From positions 44,202,560-44,254,739 of the forward strand of contig NC_068996.1 of the NCBI RefSeq assembly GCF_001194135.2: a DNA stretch of 52,180 nt, read 5' to 3'. This document shows positions 11,187 through 21,591 of the stretch, piece after piece. The notes under the pieces are model-generated. The model saw only the letters and a list, made by a program, of their open reading frames with translations. It was not told the DNA's origin and made no database searches. The stretch is from Octopus bimaculoides. Lineage: Eukaryota. Position 1 is the stretch's first letter; every line of letters begins with the position of its first letter. The translations under genes were made by a program, and so were the position numbers.

Positions 11187-11644
11187 TAAATTATGAGGTC
11201 TCTGGTCAAAATGAATGAACAAATGATTTATTCATTAAATGAAACATAGTTTCGTTAACTTAATAATTAACGTTTGGTTCCAGTTCTTACTTCTTGTATT
11301 TTTTTTAAAAGTATAATTTTATTATTTTCATGATGCACTATTTGGAAATCACTAACATTGAGGTGGCTTATATTTCTCAATATATCATTAACTGGAATTT
11401 CTGGTAAAATAAACCTGGCTAACAATGGTGCAGAATCAAGTTATTGATATTACTGGGTTACATTCAGTTCTTTAGTATTTGAAACCTGCCAAAGCTGACT
11501 CAGCTTTTCATGCAGCTGGAGTTGATAAAATATCACTATCAGAATTATTGACATTTTTCATTGTAATTTGCCCTAGTATTGTTTCTTTATTCATTTCCTT
11601 TGTGGCAGACAGAATTATTATTATTAAATAATTATTATTATTAA

Positions 11645-12057
11645 GGTAGTGAGCTGGCTGAATCATTACTGTGTTGGACAAAATGCTTTGCAGCATTTCA
11701 TCTGTCTTTTTGTTCTTAGTTCAAATTCCACAGAAGTTGAATGTGCCTTACATCCTTTCGGTATTGGTAAAATAGATTTCAGTCGAGCACTTGGATCGAT
11801 GTAATCAACCTGCACCTCCCCATCAAAATTTCAGGCCTTCTGCCTATAGTAGAAAGAGCTGGTAGAATTGTTAGCATGCCAGGCAAAATGCTCAGTGGTA
11901 TTTCATCTGTCTTTGTGTTCTGAGTTCAAATTCCACCGTGGTTGACTTTGCTTTTCATTCTTTCGAGGTTGATGAAATAAGCACCAGTCATGCACTGGGG
12001 TCGATGTAATCGACTAGCTCCCTCCTCCAAAATCTCAGGCCTTCAGTCTAAAGTTGG

Positions 12058-12058
<1 letters not shown>
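11645..12058 (+). mobile_element. Two head-to-tail SINE A2 copies (11645-11856, 11857-12058)
   Basis: Head GAGCTGGC/TAGAAT..TTAGC, Box B GAGTTCAAATTCC, Nin-like GTTGACTTTGCTTTTCATTCTTTCGAGGTTGATGAAATAAGCACCAG, tail AAAATTTCAGGCCTT; flanked by (ATT)n. Confidence 0.85.
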
Positions 12059-12110
<52 letters not shown>

Positions 12111-12409
12111 CATTCAGTAGTCTTATTTTCATCACATGCTTTCACTGTGCTACTGAGCACAGCCCTGTATACCTTGGGTATGTGCTGTGGTTTGTTGTGA
12201 TGCTCTTATTTTCGCTGTATTGAAAGTGTTTTAGGTCGGATATGCGCAGTGCCTAGTGGTGCTACTTTCTGTATGGTGTACACATTCATAAGTCCTGATG
12301 TTTTAGTTATGTATTTGTCTAAATGTTTTTTAATCATACATAATGCACCTATTATTATAGGGAATGTTTCTGTTTTTAGGCTCCACATTCGGGTTACCTC
12401 TGTTTCCAT
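12058..12409 (-). mobile_element. 5'-truncated R4/Dong-like (RLE-type) LINE 3' end with 3' UTR and (TAA)n tail
   Basis: ORF 12206-12409 (ETEVTRMWSLKTETFPIIIGALCMIKK...IQKVAPLGTAHIRPKTLSIQ) matches the recalled RLE C-terminal motif LEIE..RMW...T..IPI.IGALG...IQK..LLGTAHILRK.L. A ~95 bp UTR and (TAA)n at 12058-12110 follow it. Confidence 0.8.
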
Positions 12410-12550
12410 AACTTAGTGGCTTAGCAAAAGTGCTGATAGAATAAATACTAGGCTTTAAAAAAATAAACACTGAGGTGAATACATTCGACATAAAATTCTT
12501 TAAGGTGGTGGCCATGGTCTAATGACTGAAATAAACAAAAGATAAAAAAA
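12405..12550 (+). mobile_element. SINE B 3' half, degraded
   Basis: TAACTTAGTGGCTTAGCAAAAG...GATAGAATAAATACTAGGCTT...ATGACTGAAATAAACAAAAGATAAA. Confidence 0.7.
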
Positions 12551-12594
12551 TAAGATACAGGTGCTAATGATTCTGCTTGCCTTAATAATAATAA

Positions 12595-13322
12595 TGATGG
12601 TTTCAAATTTTGGCACCAAACCAGTGATTTTGGGGGAGATAGTAAGTTGATTATTTTAACCCCGGTGCTCAACTGGTACTTGTTTTGTTGACCCTGAAAG
12701 GATGAAAGGTGAAGTTGACCTCAGCGGAATTTGAACTCAGAACGTAGAGACTGATGAAATTCCATGAAACATTTTGCTTGGTGTACTACCAGTTCTGACA
12801 GACACCATCTTAATAATAATAATAATAATAATAATGATTCGAAATTTTTGCCATAAGGGCAGCTTGGGGGAGGGGATTAAGTCGATTACATCAACCCTAG
12901 TGTGTAACTGGGACTTATTTAATCGACCCCAAAAGGTTGAAAGGCAAAGTCGACCTCGGCGGAATTTGAACTAAGAACATAGCAACTGGTGAAATACAGC
13001 TAAGCATTTCATCTAGCGTGCTAACGATTCTGCCAGCTCACTGCCTTTAATAATAATAATGGTAATGATAATGATAATAATAATAATAAGAATAACAATA
13101 ATAATGATGCTTTCAAATTTTTGGCTCAAGGCCTGAAATTTTAGGCGAGTGGATAAAGCAGTTACATCAATCCCAGTGTCCAGCTGCTTCTTATTTTCTC
13201 AACCCCTAAAGGATGAAAGGCAGAGTCTATCTTGGCAGAATTTGAACTCAGAACGTGAAGACAGATGAAATGCCGCCAGACATTTGGTCCAACATGCTAA
13301 CAATTCTGCCAGCTCATTGCTT
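12595..13322 (-). mobile_element. Array of three head-to-tail SINE A2 copies separated by (TAA)n (about 12595-12810, 12835-13047, 13105-13322)
   Basis: GAAAGGATGAAAGG..AAGT.GACCTC.GCGGAATTTGAACTCAGAAC occurs three times, each copy bounded by (TAA)n. Confidence 0.85.
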
Positions 13323-13419
13323 TATAATGATATATAATAAATAGCGTAATAATGGTTTAAAAATTTTGGCACAAGGTTGCTACATATTTTGTCCCACTCA
13401 AAAATGATTTTACTGACTT

Positions 13420-13589
13420 GCACCTTACATTCTGTGGGACTGAACCTGGAACCATTTGGTTGGGAAGTAAGCTTCTTACCACACAGCCATGCCTGTGCCT
13501 GTATATCCATATATGTGTTTGTACACACACACACACACATATCTACATGTGTATATGTATACACACACATTTATATACATGCACGTAGG

Positions 13590-13665
<76 letters not shown>

Positions 13666-13815
13666 CACATACCCATTCATATATACAACCACACTGCTGG
13701 TGGGCCACCACAGAAGTTCTACCAAATTTCACTCACAAAATGTTAGTCAACTTCAGGCTTTGGAAGAAGACCACACGAGACGTCAGGTAATGAGAGTGAA
13801 CCCGGAACCACATGT
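13420..13815 (-). mobile_element. SINE B head fragment (13420-13500) and degraded CORE fragment (13690-13815) around (TA)n
   Basis: GTGGGACTGAACCTGGAACCATTTGGTTGGGAAGTAAGCTTCTTACCACACAGCC; CTACCAAATTTCACTCACAA. Confidence 0.65.
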
Positions 13816-13966
13816 TATTGTCTGTATATGCATGTAGCTAATTATTGTGTCACTTTATATCCAGAGACTGTGCAGTAGAAAGTAATAATTACATATTGTA
13901 ATCAGTTTAAATTTTGATAAGAAACTATCTCTGTCTATTACTAAACTAATAGAATAAATAAAAAAA

Positions 13967-14197
13967 GGCGCGAGCTGGCAGAAACGTTAGCGAGCCGGGC
14001 GAAATGCTTAGCGGTATTTTGTCTGCTGCTATGTTCTGAGTTCAAATTCCGCCGAGGTCGACTTTGCCTTTCATCCTTCCTGGGTCGATTAAATAAGTAC
14101 CAGTTATGCACTGGGGTCGATATAGTCGACTTAATTCGTTTGTCTGTCCTTGTTTGTCACCTCCGTGTTTAGCCCCTTGTGGGCAATAAAGAAATAA
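13967..14197 (+). mobile_element. SINE family A, full length (~231 bp)
   Basis: GGCGCGAGCTGGCAGAAACGTTAGC head, GAGTTCAAATTCC Box B, Nin-like GTCGACTTTGCCTTTCATCC, tail GCCCCTTGTGGGCAATAAAGAAATAA. Confidence 0.93.
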
Positions 14198-14704
14198 GAA
14201 TAATCAAAAAAAAATTATATAGTTTAAAATAGCAAATCTAACAAAACAAAACAAAAAACAACAAAAATGGAAAGCGAATGAAAACACACACAAAATTGTG
14301 GGTCTGGTCCTGTTATCTCAATTTTGTTTATATTATGAGGATGTATGATCATTTGTTTATGGAAACAAAATGAACAAAAAGCTCTCCAAGTCTAATAACC
14401 GACTATATATTTATATTTGTGTACATTTATGATTTTGTATGTATGTGTGTGGTGTTACATATCTATACTTGGTCTATGTGAGTGTGTTTGTAAGTGAATG
14501 AGGTTTGTGTGTATATATATGAGTGTGTGTTTATCATTAAAACTATTAGCACCTAATATCATAAATTTTAAACTGATTCTTACAGCTGTCCATAATAAAT
14601 GCCAGAGAAGGGTGTAGCAAGTACAAACACTGACTTGTTTTGGATCATTGCTAAGCAAATTTGACATGACAATGACAACGTTCATATGTATATATATATA
14701 TTTA

Positions 14705-14789
<85 letters not shown>

Positions 14790-15083
14790 ATCTGTGTGTG
14801 TGTGTGTATATGTATCTGTATGTGTGTGTATATGTATCTGTATGTTTGTGTGTGTGTATATGTATCTGTGTGTGTGTATATGTATCTGTGTGTGTGTATA
14901 TGTATCTGTGTGTGTGTATATGTATCTGTATGTGTGTGTATATGTATCTGTATGTGTGTGTATATGTATCTGTATGTGTGTGTGTGTTTGTGTGTGTGTG
15001 TATCTGTGTGCGTGTGTGTATATATGTATCTGTGTGCATGTGTGTATATATGTATACGTGTGTAATTCTCTATATACATATAC

Positions 15084-15175
<92 letters not shown>
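14705..15175. repeat. Compound (GT)n + ~18-20 bp GTGTGTGTATATGTATCT minisatellite + (TA)n + (CA)n
   Basis: Direct reading; about a dozen TATATGTATCTGT-cored units. Confidence 0.9.
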
Positions 15176-15176
<1 letters not shown>

Positions 15177-15384
15177 TGTGTGTTTTATGTAAATATTCTT
15201 CATCAAAACAATGAGTTACACTAAAGGGCCTTTCGTTGAAACGGAATATATGTTCCTGGGATTCATTGTTTTGGATGGGACATGTTTACTATTCAGGCTT
15301 CACACTTTGAGTTCTTTATACTAAGTGGTCTGACAATGTTGTTATGAAACTGGTCACACAAGGAATGTAAGTTTGTGTGTGTAT

Positions 15385-15717
15385 ACATGCAGGCATGGTT
15401 GTGTGGTAATAGAGCTTACTTCCCAACCACAAGGTTTCTGGTTCAGTTCTATTGCATGGTACTTTGGACAAATGTCTTCTATTATAGTACCCCACAGGCT
15501 AAACAAAGACTTCTGGGTGGATTTGGTAAGTGAAAACTGAAAGAAGCCCATTGTATATTTGAGAGAGAGAGAGTGTGTGTGTGTGTGTGTGTTATCGTCT
15601 CCATGTTTTGATATGGGGAAATGTTACCTTACTCGGAAACTGGCAAAGTTTGGTGACAGGGAGAGCATCTAGCCATAGAAAATCTACCTCGGCAAATTCG
15701 TTCTGACCAATACAAGC
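15385..15717 (+). mobile_element. SINE B head/CORE with the alternative RTE-derived 3' module (variant F), 3'-truncated
   Basis: B head and CORE, (GA)(GT) core, then GGAAACTGGCAAAGTTTGGTGACAGGGAGAGCATCTAGCCATAGAAAATCTACC..CTGACCAATACAAGC. Confidence 0.75.
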
Positions 15718-15988
15718 TATTCTGATTATATGTCTGTGCACACGTTTGAATGTGGTGTGTGCCAGAGGGTTTTCAAATCCAATGGGGGTCTTAAAAGACA
15801 TGTTAGGATCCACAATGAGCAGAACTTACTTGCAGGTATTGGTAGTGCAAATCAGAGGTGCAATCTGTGTGGGTGTTTTTTCAAAACACTGTCTGGTTTA
15901 AAAAGCCACATCAGACGCCATGAAAGGGCTAAGGTGTAGGTGCAGGAGGTGGTCAAACTCTGTTTAAGGAGTAGACAACCACCATATA
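15718..15988 (+). mobile_element. Probable 5'-truncated LINE 3' end encoding two C2H2 zinc fingers (RTE-like)
   Basis: ORF 15730-15939 has two exact C-x2-C-x12-H-x3-H motifs (CGVC..HVRIH; CNLC..HIRRH) joined by a non-TGEKP linker. The stop is followed by a ~45 bp UTR running into a (TA)n tail/gap. Confidence 0.6.
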
Positions 15989-16345
15989 NNNNNNNNNNNN
16001 NNNNNNNNNNNNNNNNNNNNNNNNNNNNNNNNNNNNNNNNNNNNNNNNNNNNNNNNNNNNNNNNNNNNNNNNNNNNNNNNNNNNNNNNNNNNNNNNNNNN
16101 NNNNNNNNNNNNNNNNNNNNNNNNNNNNNNNNNNNNNNNNNNNNNNNNNNNNNNNNNNNNNNNNNNNNNNNNNNNNNNNNNNNNNNNNNNNNNNNNNNNN
16201 NNNNNNNNNNNNNNNNNNNNNNNNNNNNNNNNNNNNNNNNNNNNNNNNNNNNNNNNNNNNNNNNNNNNNNNNNNNNNNNNNNNNNNNNNNNNNNNNNNNN
16301 NNNNNNNNNNNNNNNNNNNNNNNNNNNNNNNNNNNNNNNNNNNNN

Positions 16346-16377
<32 letters not shown>

Positions 16378-16754
16378 GTTGAACTTCTGCCAAGTGATCT
16401 AGAGAGTTTTAGTGACATCATTACAAGTCTATAACGAGAAAGATAATTATGTCTGCTTATATTGCGATATAAAATTTGCAGATGTTGTAACCTGATTTTA
16501 GGTTCAAGTTCAGTGCATTTTTTTTTTTCAATACGTAACATTTTTCTGTAGTAACCTTGAGAAGTCTGAGTCAATTTTACTAGTAATACAATCAATTTAG
16601 TATCTCAGAAAGAAAGATAAATTGTTAAATATCTAGGGCAGTCGTCTTCTATAAGCATCAATAACATATATTATCTGACTGAAATCTGGTGCAGTTTGAA
16701 GACTGAAAAATCAATGTGTGTTGAATTGGCAAAATATATATCCATATATGTGCT

Positions 16755-16905
16755 AGCATTACCATGTGGTTGAAAAGCTTGTGTTGCAGTTTTGTGGTCT
16801 CCGGTTCAGTCCCACAGCACTTAGGCAAGTGTCTTCTACTATAGCTCCAAGCTGATCAAAGACTTACAAATAAATATGGTACACAGTTGCTGAAAGAAGC
16901 CTATC
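16755..16905 (+). mobile_element. Degraded SINE B head + CORE
   Basis: GGTTCAGTCCCACAGCACTTAGGCAAGTGTCTTCTACTATAGCTC...CTGAAAGAAGCC. Confidence 0.7.
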
Positions 16906-17154
16906 TTCTATAAACCCCTGCTGAAAATCCAATCCAGAGAGAGAGGGTCCCTAAGGCAGATATGTATGGTTGTACTTAACCTGGCATCCCCTGCGGTTTC
17001 ACGGATTCTGTAAACACATTGAATTACCTTTCTTTCAGAAGTTAGACATGCTCCTGGGGACAATTCAGGCACAGTAGAAGTGGTTAAGTTACTGTTTCTC
17101 CAATATCATATGCCAGCAATAGAAAAAAAAGGCTGACCACAACAATCTATTTGA

Positions 17155-17800
17155 CCAGCTTCTGCACAGTTTCTGTCTACATAATTTAGCTCACAAGTCT
17201 TGGATATTGATCTGAGGCTATGATAAGAAGACACTTGGCCAAAATGCCATGCAAAGCAATGAGGTTAAACACGGGACTTTGTGATTGTAAAGTGAAGTTC
17301 TTAATCATTTAGCTATACTGCACACTCACTCACTCACTCGCACATGCACACACACGCGTACACACACACACACACACTTTATGCTTCTTTCAGTCTTTCA
17401 GTTTCTTATTTCTTTATTGCCCACAAGGGGCTAAACATAGAGGGGACAAACAAGGACAGACAAAGGGATTAAGTTGATTACATCGATACCAGTACGCAAC
17501 TGGTACTTAATTTATCGACTCCGAAAGGATGAAAGGTAAAGTTGACCTCGGCGGAATTTGAACTCAGAACGTAACGGCAGACAAAATACCGCTAAGCATT
17601 TCGCCCGGCATGCTAACGTTTCTGCCAGCTCACTCCCTTATTTCAGTCTTTCAGTTTCTGTCTACCAAATCCACTCACAAGACTTTGGTCAGCCCAAGGC
17701 TATAGTAAAAGACACTTGCCCAAGGTGCCACACAGTGGGACTGAAAACTGGAACCATGTGGTTGCTTGGAAAGCAAACTTCTTACTACGCAGCCACACAG
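17155..17800 (-). mobile_element. Two SINE B head/CORE fragments (17155-17320 degraded; 17381-17800 interrupted by SINE A)
   Basis: CTACCAAATCCACTCACAAG..GCTATAGTAAAAGACACTTGCCCAAGGTGCC. Confidence 0.8.
17406..17640 (-). mobile_element. SINE A inserted in SINE B with an 18-bp TSD
   Basis: TTTCAGTCTTTCAGTTTC at both 17388-17405 and 17641-17658. Confidence 0.92.
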
Positions 17801-18329
17801 AAGCAATATAGTGACACCGTTTACGGATATAAACAATATGAATGAGGAAAAATACCTTAAGAGAACGATCTAAATACACATTGTGTAAGGGGGTCACGTA
17901 TTTAATGTAATGGACTGAGGGAGATAGAAAGGGCTAGAGGAGGGGAGCAAGGGAGGAAAGAAAAATACTAAAATAACTCCATGGTTGTCATGCTATTTTA
18001 ATGCTGAGATGATTTGTACTAGCATGCATTTCAGAAATAGTAAATAACATTTATTTTTATTTATTTTATTTTATTTTATTTTATTTTATTTTATTTTATT
18101 TTTTTATATTTATTATATATTCATTTTGTCCTGTACTATTAGTCTCTGATCTTTTTCTTTTCTTTCTTTCTTTCCTTTCTATTTTTTTTTTGCTTATTTG
18201 TTGGTTGTTTTGTTTGTCCTTCTATAGTAATTGTAATTATAATCCCAAATGAAGGGAGGAAGGAAGAGAGATGAATTAAGAAAGAAGGAANNNNNNNNNN
18301 CATATGTATGTACGTTTGTATGTATGTGT

Positions 18330-18933
18330 GTCATTGTATATGTGTATATATGTATATTAACAGAATTATATACATAAACAAATATAATTCTGTTTTGGAT
18401 TTGGCTCTCAATGCTCATCACATAAACACACATATCTAATAGCATGTAAATATTGTGCTGTAAAACCCACTTGGATAGGAAAAGTCAAGGACTGTCTGTT
18501 GGATTTGAACCCACATCTCCTGTAGACATGATAGGCTTTCTACTATTGGACCAAAGCAATCCTTTGAATGTCGCTATCCATTTGAGAAACTTTCCTCTTA
18601 CCAGCAAGAATTGTATGTTGTTGATGTCATAAGAATTTTATAAACTTTCAAGAGAACATGGAATAATTCTGTTTGGAATTGATTCTTGAAGTACATATGA
18701 AACCAAAAATAACAGCATGTAAATATATATNNNNNNNNNNGTCATTGTATATGTGTATATATGTATATTAACAGAATTATATACATAAACAAATATAATT
18801 CTGTTTTGGATTTGGCTCTCAATGCTCATCACATAAACACACATATCTAATAGCATGTAAATATTGTGCTGTAAAACCCACTTGGATAGGAAAAGTCAAG
18901 GACTGTCTGTTGGATTTGAACCCACATCTCCTG
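18330..18933. repeat. 193-bp duplication that reads as identical (18330-18522 = 18741-18933); probable assembly artefact
   Basis: The second copy is bounded exactly by N gaps on both sides. Confidence 0.8.
18420..18565 (-). mobile_element. tRNA-like SINE head (unclassified)
   Basis: Minus strand reads TGGTCCAATAGTAG (Box A-like) ... GGGTTCAAATCC (Box B). No complete cloverleaf. Confidence 0.45.
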
Positions 18934-19440
18934 NNNNNNNNNNNNNNNNNNNNNNNNNNNNNNNNNNNNNNNNNNNNNNNNNNNNNNNNNNNNNNNNNNN
19001 NNNNNNNNNNNNNNNNNNNNNNNNNNNNNNNNNNNNNNNNNNNNNNNNNNNNNNNNNNNNNNNNNNNNNNNNNNNNNNNNNNNNNNNNNNNNNNNNNNNN
19101 NNNNNNNNNNNNNNNNNNNNNNNNNNNNNNNNNNNNNNNNNNNNNNNNNNNNNNNNNNNNNNNNNNNNNNNNNNNNNNNNNNNNNNNNNNNNNNNNNNNN
19201 NNNNNNNNNNNNNNNNNNNNNNNNNNNNNNNNNNNNNNNNNNNNNNNNNNNNNNNNNNNNNNNNNNNNNNNNNNNNNNNNNNNNNNNNNNNNNNNNNNNN
19301 NNNNNNNNNNNNNNNNNNNNNNNNNNNNNNNNNNNNNNNNNNNNNNNNNNNNNNNNNNNNNNNNNNNNNNNNNNNNNNNNNNNNNNNNNNNNNNNNNNNN
19401 NTATATATGTATAGATATGTATATGTATGTATGTATGTAT

Positions 19441-19936
19441 ATCTTTTATTCTTTTATTTGTTTCAATCATCTGACTGCACCCATGCTGGATAGCCACCTT
19501 GAAGGACTTATATTTTAAGCCTGATACTTGTTCTATCAGTCTCTTCTGCCAAACTGCTAAGTTACGGGGATGTAAACACACCAGCATCAGTTGTCAAGTG
19601 GTGATGGGGGGACAAATACAGATGTAAACACGCACATACATACACACACGTACATGCATGCACATACCTACACACACATACATGCACGCACATAGATACA
19701 CACACATACATACACATACATACATACATACAGACACACACACACATACATACATACACACACACACATACATACATACATACACATATACATATATATA
19801 CACATTTACTTACCATCTACCAAATCCACTCACAAGACTTTGAAGACACTTGCCCAAAGTGTTATGCTGTCGAACTGAACCTAGAACCTTGTGGTTGGGA
19901 AGCAAGCTTCTTACCACACTGCCATGCGTGTGCCTA
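19441..19936 (-). mobile_element. SINE family B with expanded (CA/TACA)n core and partial CORE deletion
   Basis: Tail, 3' module and head are all recognisable. Confidence 0.85.
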
Positions 19937-19937
19937 T

Positions 19938-20669
19938 ATGTTGAACATAAGAAGCATCAGATGTGGTGTGCAAGAGAGATGACTGTGCTGGTATGGTCAT
20001 GAGTTGTGTATGGATGAGGACAGCTGCATGAAAAGTGTCACACCCTAACAGTGGAGGGAACCTGTGGAAGAGATAGACCCAGGAAGATATAGGATGAGGT
20101 GGTGAAGCATGAACTTCAAACGTTGGGCCTCAGGGAGGTAATGACAAGCGAGCAAGACCTTTGGATATATGCTGTGCTTGAGAAGACCCGGCACACCAAG
20201 TGAAACCATAACTATGGCCTATGCTAGTGTAGCATAACCAGCCCATTTAAGAGTACTCTTCAATCATTGGGCAATAAACTGTGCTTGCAAAGACCTGTTG
20301 AGTCAAGTGAAGTCATTGTCGTGGCTGATGCCAGTCCCACCAGACTGGCTTCCATGCTGGTAGCACGTAAAATGCACCATACGAACATGGTCGATGCCAG
20401 TGCCACCTGACTGGCTCCCATGTTGGTGGAGTGTAAAAAGCACCATTTGAGCATGGTCAATGCCAGTACAGCTTGACTGGCCCTCATGCTGGTGGTACGT
20501 AAAAAGCATTGACTACATTTTTGGAGTGGTTGGCGTTAGGAAGGGCATCCAGCTGTTGAAACCTTTTCAGATCAGATTGGAGCCTGGTGCAGCCTTCTGG
20601 CTTACCAGTCCTCAGTCAAACCATCCAACCCATGCCAGCATAGAAAGTAAACATTAAACGATGATGATG
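19938..20669 (+). mobile_element. 5'-truncated RTE-clade LINE: ORF2 C-terminus (19941-20203) + 3' UTR + (GAT)n tail (family C)
   Basis: Translation LNIRSIRCGVQER*LCWYGHELCMDEDSCMK/CHTLTVEGTCGRDRPRKI*DEVVKHELQTLGLREVMTSEQDLWIYAVLEKTRHTK* carries the RTE motif RLRWYGH..M...VEG..GRGRPRKTW.EVV. The UTR has 66-bp units and ends CATGCCAGCATAGAAAGTAAACATTAAACGATGATGATG. Confidence 0.88.
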
Positions 20670-20870
<201 letters not shown>

Positions 20871-21133
20871 GTATTCATACTGATCTGAATTGCAATAATA
20901 TTAAAATAAGTACTCAATACCGTTAGGGATAGTATTTAATCAAAGTCGAATAAATTCAACAAGAATCACTGAGTAGTGACTCATCCAGACTGAGAAGTGA
21001 ATAATTGTTTTTTTTTGTGTGTTTGTATTATTACGCATTAGTAGTCAGTAGTAGTTGAAGTATGGAGGCATGTGCTGTAGCAACGCATTGCGGCATCCTT
21101 CGTTTGTTGGTGATTCCTTACTATTCCTGGCAG

Positions 21134-21204
21134 ATGACACCTTTGTACCACTCAGGCAACAAACCTTCGACTCGTTGGTTTGTTTTGGGCTGTTGTTGTT
21201 GCTG
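21134..21204 (+). other. Candidate 71-nt exon in a unique sequence island (unverified)
   Basis: Acceptor TTCCTTACTATTCCTGGCAG| and donor CTG|GTGAGG; two frames are open. No recognised homology. Confidence 0.2.
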
Positions 21205-21357
21205 GTGAGGGTTTTACAAGGTCAGAGTGCAAATCCTACTTCAGCCATTTTTCTAGCAACCTTTTGTGACGTGCATAGAAAATGTCGGATCTATTCTTTG
21301 AGATGTTGGTCCCCAAACAGCACTCATTCATACACAAAAAAAATTTCAAAAAATAGC

Positions 21358-21560
21358 TTCTTTTACTCTTTTACTTGTTTCAGTCATTTGACTGTGGCCA
21401 TGCTGGAGCACTGACTTTAGTCGAGCAAATCGACCCCAGGACTTATTCTTTGTAAGCCTAGTACTTATTCTATCGGTCACTTTTGCTGAACCGCTAAGTT
21501 ATGGGGGACGTAAACACACCAGCATCGGTTGTCAAGCGATGTTGGGGGGGACAAACACAA

Positions 21561-21591
<31 letters not shown>

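Noticed and set aside
13967-14060. tRNA gene calls for the A, B or H heads
   Set aside because: Box A/B are present, but there is no canonical cloverleaf, and each head runs into a SINE body repeated many times; these are SINE heads, not tRNA genes.
16972-17010. TACTTAACCTGGCA + CCCCTGCGGTTTC resemble two separate parts of U1 snRNA
   Set aside because: About 70 nt between them are absent, and there is no Sm site or stem-loops; two short matches are compatible with chance.
17028-17091. Overlapping candidate exons on both strands (plus: TTTCTTTCAG|..GTG|GTTAAG; minus: AAG|GTAATT)
   Set aside because: Each has one weak splice site, the peptides are unrecognised, and the two interpretations conflict.
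21109-21145. LLFLADDT resembling the RT YADD/FADD motif
   Set aside because: No other RT motifs at the expected spacing in any frame.
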